Origin: Macrostomum lignano
Taxonomy: Eukaryota
Direction: 5' to 3'
Length of the DNA: 64,000 nt
Assembly (NCBI GenBank): GCA_002269645.1
Contig: NIVC01003429.1
Location: 1 to 64,000 of the forward strand
The notes under the pieces were generated by a model. The model saw only the letters and a program-made list of their open reading frames with translations, was not told the DNA's origin and made no database searches. This document shows, piece after piece, positions 10,953 to 25,000 of the stretch. Within the stretch, counting starts at the first letter, position 1; each line of letters opens with the position of its first letter. Position numbers and translations under genes: made by a program.

Positions 10953-12439
10953 CATTGAGGCGCCAAAACTGAGCATTGAGGCCCCAAAACTGCGCTTTGA
11001 TGCGCCAAAACTGGGAATTGAGGCGCCAAAATTGGGCATTGATGCAGTGAGGCGCCAAAACTGGGCATTGAGGCGCCAAAACTGAGCATTGAGGCGCCAA
11101 AATTGGGCATTGAGGCGCCAAAAATGGGCATTGAGGCGCCAAAATTGGGCATTGAGGCGCCAAAAATGGGCATTGAGGCGCCAAAACTGAGCATTGAGGC
11201 GCCAAAACTGAGCATTGAGGTGCCAAAACTGAGCATCGAGGCGCCAAAACTGGGCATTGAGGTGCCAAAACTGAGCATTGAGACGCCAAAACTGGGCATT
11301 GAGGCGCCAAAACTGGGAATCGAGGTGCCAAAACTGAGCATTGAGGCGCCAAAGCTAACATTGAGGCGCCAAAACTGAGCATTGAGACGCCAAAAATGGG
11401 CATTGAGGCGCCAAAACTGAGCATTGAGGCGCCAAAACTGAGCATTGAGGCGCCAAAATTGGGCATTGATGCAGTGAGGCGCCAAAACTGGGCATTGAGG
11501 CGCCAAAACTGAGCATTGAGGCGCCAAAACTGAGCATTGAGGTGCCAAAACTGAGCATCGAGGCGCCAAAACTGGGCATTGAGGTGCCAAAACTGAGCAT
11601 TGAGACGCCAAAACTGGGCATTGAGGCGCCAAAACTGGGAATCGAGGTGCCAAAACTGAGCATTGAGGCGCCAAAGCTAACATTGAGGCGCCAAAACTGA
11701 GCATTGAGACGCCAAAAATGGGCATTGAAGCGCCAAAACTGAGCATTGAGGCGCCAAAACTGAGCATTGAGGCGCCAAAATTGGGCATTGATGCAGTGAG
11801 GCGCCAAAACTGGGCATTGAGGCGCCAAAACTGGGAATCGAGGTGCCAAAACTGAGCATTGAGGCGCCAAAGCTAACATTGAGGCGTCAAAACTGAGCAT
11901 TGAGGCGCCAAAACTGAGCATTGAGGCGCCAAAACTGGGCATTGAGGCGCCAAAACTGAGCATTGAGGCGCCAAAATTGGGCATTGATGCAGTGAGGCGC
12001 CAAAACTGGGCATTGAGGCGCCAAAACTGGGAATCGAGGTGCCAAAACTGAGCATTGAGGCGCCAAAACTGAGCATTGAGGCGCCAAAGCTAACATTGAG
12101 GCGTCAAAACTGAGCATTGAGGCGCCAAAACTGGGCATTGAGGCGCCAAAGCTAACATTGAGGCGCCAAAACTGAGCATTGAGGCGCCAAAACTGGGTAT
12201 TGAGGCGCCAAAACTGGGAATTGAGGCGCCAAAACTGAGCATTGAGGCGCCAAAACTGGGTATTGAGGCGCCAAAACTGGGAATTGAGGCGTCAAAACTG
12301 AGCATTGAGGCGCCAAAACTGAGCATTGAGGCGCCAAAACTGGGCATTGAGGCGCCAAAGCTAACATTGAGGCGCCAAAACTGAGCATTGAGGCGCCAAA
12401 ACTGGGTATTGAGGCGCCAAAACTGGGAATTGAGGCGCC
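10953..12439. repeat. 21-nt minisatellite, ~70 copies
   Basis: Unit attgaggcgccaaaactg(a/g)gc. Confidence 0.97.
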
Positions 12440-13049
12440 TTAAGGGCCAATTCAGTGATTGATAACTGGAAAGCGCTCAGAAAATCGCGTAGGGGGTGGA
12501 CAGCCAAAGTCAAGGCACTCAGACAAATTGTCTCAAGTCCAAGGCGGCAAATTTTCTGAGCACTTGAACTGTATAATCGACAACAATAGTTCCAGTCCAG
12601 GCGCTAGACTTTTAGAGTCCTTGGCTCCGGTAGGTACTGAGGCAGGGCTTGGGGGGGGGGCTGCAGCCACCCCAGCCAGTCCCCAGCCAACCCAGCAGGA
12701 GAAGCAAGGCGTGCCCCACGCGAGTAGGAAGTTGACTGTGCCCGGGCCAGCCTGTATAAGAAGAGCGCAGAATTGAGAAGCAGAAAAATGGCTTCCGTGC
12801 GCGCGTCTGACTTGCAGTTCCTCGCCAAAGCCCCGGGTTAGCCTGCCTCGTGTCCGCGAGCTGCTTGTGCAAAATTGATTTTATCAATATCGAGTCAGTG
12901 CGACCACCAGCAGCTTGACTTGCCTTGACTTGCTTCTGAGCCTGTTTGAAAGCAGCAATAAACCAGAAGCAGACTTCTGTAGCGGCAGCGGTTTTCAGCA
13001 ATAGCAGAGAAATTTTATTGAAGTTTCTGACCAACACTGCGGAGCCGCC

Positions 13050-16000
13050 ATGATCAAGAGTCGGTCAGCCTTCAACATGCCGAGCAACCGGCCTCGCCGT
13101 AGTGAGCTGCTCATGTTTTTATTTTATACTTTTCCTTTGTTGGCTTTGAGTACAGATTGAGTTGCTGCTGAGAGCATAGATGTGGGATAGATAGATGTGG
13201 AGTTGATAGATGTGGGATAGATAGATGTGGGGTAGATCGATGCCGGGAAGATTGATGTGGAGTAAATAGATGTGAAGTAGATAGATGTGGAGTAGATAGA
13301 AGTGAAGTAGATAGATGTGGAGTAGATAGATGTGAAGTAGATAGATGTGGAGTAGATAGCTGTGGAGTAGATAGATGTGGGATAGATAGATGTGGGGTGG
13401 ATAGATGTGGGGTGGATAGATGTGGGATAGATAGATGTGGGATAGATAGATGTGGGGTAGATAGATGTGGGATAGATAGATGTGGGGTAGATAGATGTGG
13501 GATAGATAGATGTGGGATAGATAGATGTGGGGTAGATAGATGTGGGATAGATAGATGTGGGGTAGATAGATGTGGAGTAGATAGATGTGGGGTAGATAGA
13601 TGTGGGGTGGATAGATGTGGGATAGATAGATGTGGGGTAGATAGATGTGGGGTGGATAGATGTGGGATAGATAAATGTGGGGTAGATAGATGTGGGGTAG
13701 AAAATAAGGGGTAGATAGATGTGGGGTGGATAGATGTTGGATAGATAGATGTTTGTAGAGCCGCAATCGACCGGGAAGTTCAGGCAGAAGTTCAGGCAGC
13801 AGTTCATGCAGCAGTTCAGGCAGCAGTTCAGGCAGCAGTTCAGGCAGCAGTTCAGGCAGCAGTTCAGGCAGCAGTTCAGGCAGCAGTTCAGGCAGCAGTT
13901 CAGGCAGCAGTTCAGGCAGCAGTTCAGGCAGCAGTTCAGGCAGCAGTTCAGGCAGCAATTCAGGCAGAAGTTCAGGCAGCAGTTCAGGCAGCAGTTCAGG
14001 CAGAAGTTCAGGTAGCAGTTCAGGCAGCAGTTCAGGCAGCAGTTCAGGCAGCAGTTCAGGCAGCAGTTCAGGCAGCAGTTCAGGCAGCAGTTCAGGCAGA
14101 AGTTCAGGCAGCAGTTCAGGCAGCAGTTCAGGCAGCAGTTCAGGCAGGTTCTTCCCCGCCCTCCCAGTCTGGCTAAACGGAGTCGGAGCTCAGAGCTGCA
14201 GCGGCAAGGAGGCGGAGCTGAGAAAGTCGCTGCCCTACTGCGACGCCGAGACTGGCACCAAGAACCGAGGTGCGACGCCTCATCTCTCTTTGTTGTACTT
14301 TTCCTATCACAGCCTTTGCACTCAGCAGACTGATCTGCACCGCCAATTCTCACCCGCAGTTGTGGAGCGGGACCCCATCGCCGGCCTGGGGCTGCTGGGC
14401 AAGGAGTACGATCCGTTCCTGGAGACTCGGCAGTCCAGCACGCCCAGAACTGCCAGGGACAAAGGTGAGACATGGGGAATCCCGCGAGAGGAAGGAGACT
14501 GAAGTTTTGAGAGTCATGAGAGTCATGCAGAACTGGTGAGAGTCATGCAGAACTGGTGAGAGTCATGCAGAGCCGGTGAGAGTCATGCAGAACCGGTGAG
14601 AGTCATGCAGAACTGGTGAGAGTCATGCAGAGCCGGTGAGAGTCATACAGAGCCAGTGAGAGTCATGCAGAGCCAGTGAGAGTCATGCAGAGCTAATAAG
14701 AGTCATACAGAGCCGGTGAGAGTCATGCAAAGCCAGAAAGAGTTATGCAGAGCCAGAAAGAGTCATACAGAGCCGGTGAGAGTCATGCAGAGTCAGTGAC
14801 AAAACCGGTGAGAGTCATACAGAGCCGGTGAGAGTCATGCAGAGCCGGTGAGAGTCAAGCAGAGCCGGTGAGAGTCATGCAGAGCCGGTGAGAGTCAAGC
14901 AGAGCCGGTCAGAGTCATACAGAGTCAGTGAGAATCATGCATAGCCAGTCGCTGGTGAGAGTCATACAGAGCCAGTGAGAGTCATGCAGAGCCAGAAAGA
15001 GTCATGCAGAACTGGTGAGAGTCATGCAGAGCCGGTGAGAGTCATGCAGAACCGGTGAGAGTCATGCAGAGCCGGTGAGTCATAAAGAGGCAAAAAGAGT
15101 CACGCAGAGCCAGTAAGAGTCATGCAGAGCTAATAAGAGTCATACAGAGCCAGTGAGAGTCAAGCAGAGCCGGTCAGAGTCATACAGAGCCGGTGAGAGT
15201 CATACAGAGCCGGTGAGAGTCATATAGAACCGGTGAGAGTAATACAGAGCCAGTGAGAGTCATATAGAACCGGTGAGAGTCATACAGAGCCGGTGAGAGT
15301 CATATAGAACCGGTGAGAGTCATACAGAGCCAGTGAGAGTCATATAGAACCGGTGAGAGTCAAGCAGAGCCGGTCAGAGTCATACAGAGTCAGTGAGAAT
15401 CATGCATAGCCAGTCGCTGGTGAGAGTCATACAGAGCCAGTGAGAGTCATGCAGAGCCAGAAAGAGTCATGCAGAGCTAATAAGAGTCATACAGAGCCGG
15501 TGAGAGTCATGCAGAGCCAGTGAGAGTCATGCAGAGCCAGTCGCTGGTGAGAGTCATACAGAGCCAGTGAGACTCATGCAGAGCCAGAAAGAGTCATGCA
15601 GAGCTAATAAGAGTCATACAGAGCCGGTGAGAGTCATGCAGAGCCAGTGAGAGTCATGCAGAGCCAGTCGCTGGTGAGAGTCATACAGAGCCAGTGAGAC
15701 TCATGCAGAGCCAGAAAGAGTCATGCAGAGCTAATAAGAGTCATACAGAGCCGGTGAGAGTCATGCAGAGCCAGTGAGAGTCATGCAGAGCCAGTGAGAG
15801 TCATGCAGAGCTAATAAGAGTTATACAGAGCCGGTGAGAGTCATACAGAGCCAGTGAGAGTCATGCAGAGCCAGTGAGAGTCATGCAGAGCTAATAAGAG
15901 TCATACAGAGCCGGTGAGAGTCATGCAAAGCCAGAAAGAGTTATGCAGAGCCAGAAAGAGTCATACAGAGCCAGTGAGAGTCATACAGAGCCGGTGAGAG

Positions 16001-19000
16001 TCATGCAGAGTCAGTGACAAAACCGGTGAGAGTCGTACAGAGCCGGTGAGAGTCATACAGAGCCAGTGAGAGTCATGCAGAGCTAATAAGAGTCATACAG
16101 AGCCGGTGAGAGTCATGTAGAACCGGTGAGAGTCATGCAAAGCCAGAAAGAGTTATGCAGAGCTAATAAGAGTCATACAGAGCCATTGAGTGTCATGCAG
16201 AGCCATAAAGAGTCATGCAGAGCTAATAAGAGTCATATAGAACCGGTGAGAGTCATACAGAGCCGGTGAGAGTCATATAGAACCGGTGAGAGTCATGCAG
16301 AGCCAGAAAGAGTCATGCAGAGCCGGTGAGAGTCAAGCAGAGCCGGTCAGAGTCATATAGAACCGGTGAGAGTCATACAGAGCCGGTGAGAGTCATACAG
16401 AACCGGTGAGAGTCGTACAGAGTCAGTGAGAGTCATGCAGAGCTAATAAGAGTCATATAGAGCCGGTGAGAGTCATGCAGAGCCAGTGACAGAACCGGTG
16501 AGAGTCGTACAGAGCCGGTGAGAGTCATACAGAGCCGGTGAGAGTCATACAGAACCGGTGAGAGTCGTACAGAGTCAGTGAGAGTCATGCAGAGCTAATA
16601 AGAGTCATATTGAGCCGGTGAGAGTCATGCAGAGCCAGTGACAGAACCGGTGAGAGTCGTACAGAGCCGGTGAGAGTCATGCAGAGCCAGTGACAGAACC
16701 GGTGAGAGTCGTACAGAGCCGGTGAGAGTCGTACAGAACCGGTGAGAGTCGTACAGAGCCGGTGAGAGTCATACAGAACCGGTGAGAGTCATACAGAACC
16801 GGTGAGAGTCGTACAGAGTCAGTGAGAGTCATGCAGAGCTAATAAGAGTCATATAGAGCCGGTCAGAGTCATGCAGAGCCATAAAGAGTCAAGCAGAGCC
16901 GGTCAGAGTCATACAGAGCCGGTGAGAGTCATACAGAGTCAGTGAGAGTCATGCAGAGCCAGTGACAGAACCGGTGAGAGTCATACAGAACCGGTGAGAG
17001 TCATGCAGAGCCAGTGAGAGTCATGCAATGACCCGCCCGATTGCAGACTCGCGCAACCCCATCCTGGGGCAGGGCAACCTGGGCCAGGAGGTGAACCTGT
17101 TCAGCCGGTCCGAGGGCTACAAGAGCAGCCGGAAGAGTGAGTCAGCCCCGAATTCTGTGACTCCTATTAATTAAATTAGCAGTAATTAAAACCACTGCAG
17201 TTAATCTGCAGCGCCACTAGAAAACAGGGCGGGGGGTCGGCGGTCTGATCGGAGGGTTGACTTCGGCGGTCCAGGAACAAAGGAGGCCGTGTCCTCAAAC
17301 CGGAGCCGGGGTCCCACCGACCGGCTGGGTGGCCCTCCTTTTGGAGCTGGATATGCGAAACCCGAGCTAGTGGAGGAGATGGAGGGAAAATGAAATGAGA
17401 ATGCAGGGAGAATGAAGGGTGACTGAAGGGGAGAATGAAGGGAGAATGAAGGGAGAATGAAGGAGAATGAAGGGAGAATGCAGGGAGAATGCAGGGAGAA
17501 TGTAGGGAGAATGTAGGGAGAATGCGGGGAGAATGTAGGGAGAATGTAGGGAGAATGCGGGGAGAATGTAGGGAGAATGTAGGGAGAATGTAGGGAGAAT
17601 GTAGGGAGAATGCGGGGAGAATGTAGGGAGAATGTAGGGAGAATGCAGAGAGAATGCAGAGAGAATGCAGAGAGAATGCAGAGAGAATGCAGGGAGAATG
17701 CAGGGAGAATGCAGGGAGAATGCAGGGAGAATGCAGGGAGAATGCAGGGAGAATGCAGGGAGAATGCAGGGAGAATGCAGGGAGAATGCAGGGAGAATGC
17801 AGGGAGAATGCAGGGAGAATGCAGGGAGAATGCAGGGAGAATGCGGGGAGAATGCAGGGAGAATGCAGGGAGAATGCAGGGAGAATGCAGGGAGAATGCA
17901 GGGAGAATGCAGGGAGAATGCAGGGAGAAACTGACTTCAGGTCCCAAGCCTCTCGGCCCCTCGCCGCCTCCCCGCAGGCCGCAACCCGCTGGAGCAGCCT
18001 GAGAACGGCAACTCGGAGGCGGACCGGCTGAGGCCGCGTGGCCGGCCGGGCAAGGCGAGCATCCACCAAGGTGAGCGGCAGTTTCCCAGGCCAGAGCAGC
18101 AGCCACCCCCACAGTGTCCTGGGCCGCACAGTTTGCACAGAGAGCCGCCATTTTAGTGCTTTCTCGGAGCCAGGCCGTGGGACGCCCCACCCCGGGTTTT
18201 TATTATCCAAATTGTTTTGCTTGACTGCCTCGAACTGCGTTTTTTCTGAACAAAAAAGTTAAAATTGCTGGTTTCCTCTGTTGCTTCTTCTAGGGGAGGC
18301 GCGGAACAGAAATGTCTACAGCCTGGGTAATATTTTTACCGCAAAAAAATCAGAATTGAAATGGCACAGGTGGTTGAACTGCTCATTCGGGGCGAGAATT
18401 TATTTTATTTACCAGTGGCAGACTGGGTTTGACCGCTCGGGTGGAAACCCAGGCAGCCTAGGTAGCGGCCTGATTATGCTAATTAGCACTTAAGCAGCCT
18501 GCTATGGCGGTTTGAAAATGCTAATTTCTATCTGGCTTTCCTGCTTATCAGCTGTGAGTCACCGAACAACTTGTGGGCTTCGAACTCGCACAGCCGTGTG
18601 GCTGACAATGAGTTTATTTGAGTTTATTTATTTTCTTAGCGGCGTGAACAATCCTTAGGGCGCCTGAATTTGACACCTCCGGCGGCTTTACCTCCTAATC
18701 ACTAACTGTAGCATCATCTCGTGACTCCCCTGTAGTAGCTCCCATAAACACCTCAGTGTAACGCCTCCCCCACAGTAGCTCCCACCCCAGCCAAAAACAC
18801 CCCAGTGTAACGCCTCCCCCCCACAGTAGCTCCCACCCCAGCCATAAACACCTCAGTGTAACGCCTCCCCCACAGTAGCTCCCACCCAGCCATAAACACC
18901 CCAGTGTAACGCCTCCCCCCCACAGTAGCTCCCACCCCAGCCATAAACACCTCAGTGTAACGCCTCCCCCCACAGTAGCTCCCACCCCAGCCATAAACAC

Positions 19001-22000
19001 CTCAGTGTAACGCCTCCCCCACAGTAGCTCCCCCCAGCCATAAACACCCCAGTGTAACGCCTCCCCCACAGTAGCTCCCACCCCAGCCATAAACACCCCA
19101 GTGTAACGCCTCCCCCACAGTAGCTTCCACCCCAGCCATAAACACCCCAGTGTAACGCCTCCCCCCACAGTAGCTCCCACCCCAGCCATAAACACCCCAG
19201 TGTAACGCCTCCCCCACAGTAGCTCCCACCCCAGCCATAAACACCCCAGTGTAACGCCTCCCCCACAGTAGCTCCCACCCCAGCCATAAACACCCCAGTG
19301 TAACGCCTCCCCCACAGTAGCTCCCACCCTAGCCATAAACACCCCAGTGTAACGCCTCCCCCACAGTAGCTCCCACCCCAGCCATAAACACCCCAGTGTA
19401 ACGCCTCCCCCACAGTAGCTCCCATCCCAGCCATAAACACCCCAGTGTGACGCCTCCCCCACAGTAGCTCCCACCCCAGCCATAAACACCCCAGTGTAAC
19501 GCCTCCCCCACAGTAGCTCCCACCCCAGCCATAAACACCCCAGTGTAACGCCTCCCCCACAGTAGCTCCCACCCCAGCCATAAACACCCCAGTGTGACGC
19601 CTCCCCCCACAGTAGCTCCCACCCCAGCCATAAACACCCCAGTGTGACGCCTCCCCCACAGTAGCTCCCACCCCAGCCATAAACACCCCAGTGTAACGCC
19701 TCCCCCACAGTAGCTCCCACCCCAGCCATAAACACCCTAGTGTAACGCCTCCCCCACAGTAGCTCCCACCCCAGCCATAAACACCCCAGTGTAACGCCTC
19801 CCTCACAGAAGCTCCCACCCCAGCCATAAACACCCCAGTGTGACACCTTCCCCCAAAACCCCTAACCCTAGCTCTAACCCTAACCCTAACCCTTACTCAC
19901 TCCAGCCCAGCGCGACCCGATCTCCGGCCGCGGCGAGTTCGGCCGCGAATGGGACCCGGTGCACAAGTACGCCGGCCGGCCGAGGCCCTGGCATCAGCGC
20001 GCCGTGGACGGTGAGTCTCGGCCATAGACAGGCCAGACACAGGCTTGAAGTGAAAGCTTGGCTCAGAGCCTTCATTGCAGCCTCCAGTGCTGACCTGCAG
20101 CCGAACCATGATTCCCCCCGCATAGATTCCCGCTATTACAAGCTCAGCGAGAGGCCAACAGTTTCAAAGACCGACAAAAAGTACATTCTCGGCTACTACG
20201 GTAGGCGTCCAGCTCTCGCGGTCTCACAACTTGCTCTGGACAGATTAATACTTCTTATCGCTGTTGGGGCAACTGCATGATAGGTTTTCCGAGCTTAACT
20301 CTTTGATGAAGCATTGAAGAGACTAAATTTAACTTTAACTGCATGCTGTTGGATTTCGGACATTTCAACCCGCCTGTCACGGTGCTTGGCCGTATTGTTT
20401 TATTTTTCATTTACAGAAAGCAATAATTTACTTATAGTCCTACTGACTCGCAGGAAAGTAGTAGTGTAGTATGGATATGTAATTGCATAATAAAATCCCG
20501 AATTTAACAGCCAAACGCGGCGGTCGCTGCAACCCGCTGACTGGCGAGGACGCCAAGAGTTTCGACATCAACCAGGAGCTCCGGCGGACTCCGCGCAAAG
20601 GAGTCAGTGAGTGACATTCTGGATTCATGCCCATTTATAACAGTTGTTTTTGGAAGTCATTTTCAAAGCTAGCTACTCAGCAGTAGTTGGACAGTAGTGT
20701 AATGCGCTCACGCCGCCCGACCTGAACTCCGCGCAGAGAAAAGCAACCCGGTCACTGGGGAGAACTGCGACAGCTACACCGTGTCCGACAAGCTGAATGA
20801 GAAGCACGCGAAGTCGGGCAGCAAGACGCCAAGGGGTGAGCAGGGAGGCCTGGCTAAGCTGCCATTTACCACTTCCAGCGATAAAATTATGCTTTTCAAA
20901 GCCAACTTTAACACATATCGGTAGAAGACTGATTATCATACAATTGAACCCTGTGTCAATTCTGTGTCACAATTGGTCAGTCACCTCTAATCTCATTACC
21001 TGTCTTCTCATGCCTAATCTCATTACCTGTCTTTTCATGCCTAATCTCATTACCTGTCTTCTCATGCTTAATATCATTACCTGTCTTCTCATGCCTAATC
21101 TCATTACCTGTCTTTTCATGCCTAATCTCATTACCTGTCTTTTCATGCCTAATCTCATTACCTGTCTTCTCATGCTTAATATCATTACCTGTCTTCTCAT
21201 GCCTAATCTCATTACCTGTCTTTTCATGCCTAATCTCATTACCTGTCTTCTCATGCTTAATATCATTACCTGTCTTCTCATGCCTAATCTCATTACCTGT
21301 CTTCTCATGCCTAATCTCATTACCTGTCTTCTCATCCCTGATCTCATTACCTGTCTTCTCATCCCTGATCTCATTACCTGTCTTCTCATCCCTGATCCCA
21401 TTACCTGTCCTCATTCTCATTACCTCATCAATGTAATCTTATCACCCAAGGCTCAGGCGGCAACCCGGTCACCGGGGAGAACTGCAAGTCCTTCGACTTC
21501 AACATCGAGTCGAAGTCGAAGTCGGCCGGCAGCTCGCCCAGAAAGAGCGGCAGCGGCGGCAACCCTGTCACTGGAGAGAACTGCGCTGTGTACGCCTACA
21601 GCAGCGAGTTCAAGGCCAAGCCCAACAAGCCGAACGGTGAGTGTGGGATCTGAGCATCAAAATGGGGATCTGAGCATTAAAATGGGGATCTGAGCATCAA
21701 AATGGGGATCTGAGCATTAAAATGGGGATCTGAGCATCAAAATGGGGATCTGAGCATTAAAATGGGGATCTGAGCATCAAAATGGGGATCTGAGCATCAA
21801 AATGGGGATCTGAGCATCAAAATGTACATCAAAGCATCAAAGCATCTGAGTACATCTGAGCATCAAAATGGGGATCTGAACATCAAAATGGGGATCTGAG
21901 CATCAAAATAAGGATCTGAACATCGAAATGGGGATCTGAACATCAAATGGGGATCTGAACATCAAAATGGGGATCCGAGCATTAAAATGGGGATCTGAAC

Positions 22001-25000
22001 ATCAAAATGGGGATCCGAGCATTAAAATGGGGATCTGAACATCAAAATGGGGATCCGAGCATTAAAATGGGGATCTGAACATCGAAATGGGGATCTGAAC
22101 ATCAAAATGGGGATCTGAACATCGAAATGCGGATCTGAACATCAAAATGGGGACCTGAGCATTAAAATGGGGATCTGAGCATCAAAATAAGGATCTGAAC
22201 ATCGAAATGGGGATCTGAACATCGAAATGGGGATCTGAACATCGAAATGGGGATCTGAACATCAAATGGGGATCTGAACATCAAAATGGGGATCCGAGCA
22301 TTAAAATGGGGATCTAAGCATTAAAATGGGGATCTGAACATCAAAATGGGGATCTGAACATCAAAATGGGGATCTGATGAGAGTCTGAGCATCAAATGGG
22401 GATCTGAGCATTAAAATGGGGATCTGAGCATTAAACTGGGGATCTGAACATCAAAATGGGGATCCGAGCATTAAACTGGGGATCTGAACATCAAAATGGG
22501 GATCCGAGCATTAAAAAGGGGATCTGAACATCGAAATGGGGATCTGAACATCAAAATGGGGATCTGAACATCAAAATGGGGATCTGAACATCGAAATGCG
22601 GATCTGAACATCAAAATGGGGACCTGAGCATTAAAATGGGGATCTGAGCATCAAAATAAGGATCTGAACATCGAAATGGGGATCTGAACATCGAAATGGG
22701 GATCTGAACATCAAATGGGGATCTGAACATCAAAATGGGGATCCGAGCATTAAAATGGGGATCTAAGCATTAAAATGGGGATCTGAACATCAAAATGGGG
22801 ATCTGATGAGAGTCTGAGCATCAAATGGGGATCTGAGCATTAAAATGGGGATCTGAGCATTAAACTGGGGATCTGAACATCAAAATGGGGGTCTGAGCAT
22901 CAAAATAAGGATCTGAACATCGAAATGGGGATCTGAACATCAAATGGGGATCTGAACATCAAAATGGGGATCCGAGCATTAAAATGGGGATCTGAACATC
23001 GAAATGGGGATCTGAACATCAAAATGGGGATCTGAACATCAAAATGGGGATCTGAACATCAAAATGGGGATCTGAACATCAAATGGGGATCTGAACATCA
23101 AAATGGGGATCCGAGCATTAAAATGGGGATCTGAACATCAAAATGGGGATCCGAGCATTAAAATGGGGATCTGAACATCGAAATGGGGATCTGAACATCA
23201 AAATGGGAATCTGAACATCAAAATGGGGATCTGAACATCGAAATGCAGATCTGAACATCAAAATGGGGACCTGAGCATTAAAATGGGGATCTGAACATCA
23301 AAATGGGGATCCGAGCATTAAAATGGGGATCTAAGCATTAAAATGGGGATCTGAACATCAAAATGGAGATCTGAACATCAAAATGGGGATCTGATGAGAG
23401 TCTGAGCATCAAATGGGGATCTGAGCATTAAAATGGGGATCTGAGCATTAAACTGGGGATCTGAACATCAAAATGGGGGTCTGAGCATCAAAATGGGGAT
23501 CTGAGCATTAAAATGGGATCTGAGCATTAAAATGGGGATCTGAGCATCAAAATGGGTATTTGAACACTCAGATGAGAATCTGAGCATTGCCAAGAGCTCC
23601 CGTGGCTGAGCAGCTTGTTGTCAATGAGTTCCCCGCCAGACAGTCACAACTCCCGGCTGCTTGCAGAGCGCAAGAATCCCCTGACAGGGGAGAACGTGAG
23701 CAGCTTCGTGCTGAAGCTGACGGAGCGGGCCGACCAGCCGAAACCCGCGGCGCCTCACAGCCCGAGTATGACCGCCTGCGGCTGACCCGCCTTCCACTTC
23801 CCCAGCACCGACCCCGCCATCTTGCAGAGTGCATGAGATCTCTATTGGAAATTGGTTTATCGAATGCTTAACCTTCTTCCCCCCCCCTGATCAACCCGAT
23901 CTGAGGATTGCATACTATTTGAGTTCATTTCATGGCGACCTTGGGAGGCAGTTTACTTTAAAGTCTTGCATGAACCCTTCGTTGAAGCGGAACTGCTTGT
24001 TTTGTTAAAAAGAAAACTTTTAATGCGGTTTTTGGTTTCTCTATTTGCATGACTAGTTGAGATTGATTTTCATCGAAATTCAGGTGTGTTAAACAGTACT
24101 AAAGGATTTTTCATGAAAAGTTTTTCGTAAGAAACCGTCATTTTTAAGAAATCGTCATTTCCAAGAAACCGTCATTTCTAAGAAACCTTCCTTTCTAAGA
24201 AACCGTCTTTTCTAAGAAACCTTCCTTTCTAAGAAACCGTCATTTCCAAGAAACCGTCATTTCTAAGAAATTGTCCTTTCTAAAAAATCCTGATTTCTAA
24301 GAAACCGTCATTTCTAAGAAATCGTCATTTCTAAGAAACCGTCATTTTCAATAAACTGTAATTACTAGGAAATCTTTTACTCAAAGAAATCATCGTTTCT
24401 AAGAAGTTTGTTTACGAAAAAAATATTTATTTCTAAGAAAGCTATTTCTATGATATCGTTCTTTCCAAGATTTCGATGAAATTGTTAATTTCTTTTGTTT
24501 TTTCTGAGAAACAGTTATTTAGCAATTGATACAACATGATGCATGAATACTTTTGCGACTTTAAAAGTGAAATTTAAGGCTTCACTCCGCATGCGGCAAT
24601 GGATATTTCCTTCATCCCCACAATTACTGTCCCCCTATTATCCCCATCGCACGCTGTCCGGCTCGAACTCAGGCGAGGCCAAGAACCCGCTCACCGGGGC
24701 CAACTGCCCGAGCTTCTCCGTCAACCAGGAGGAGAGGCCAAGGACCGCCCCCAGCGCGCTCGCAACTCGTGAGTGCCCAGATTTGCACTTTTGCACAGAT
24801 CGCAGGCGCACTATCTGCACCTCTGTCACACTGCATCAAGCAGGGAGACTGGAAAGGGACAGTATCGATGCGGTCAGACCTCGTAACCACTGTCACAGTC
24901 TATCACATGCTGTCACACCCTATCACATACTGTCACGTGCTGCCACAGCCTATCACATTCTGTCAGATGCTGTCACACTCTATCACATGCTATCACATGC

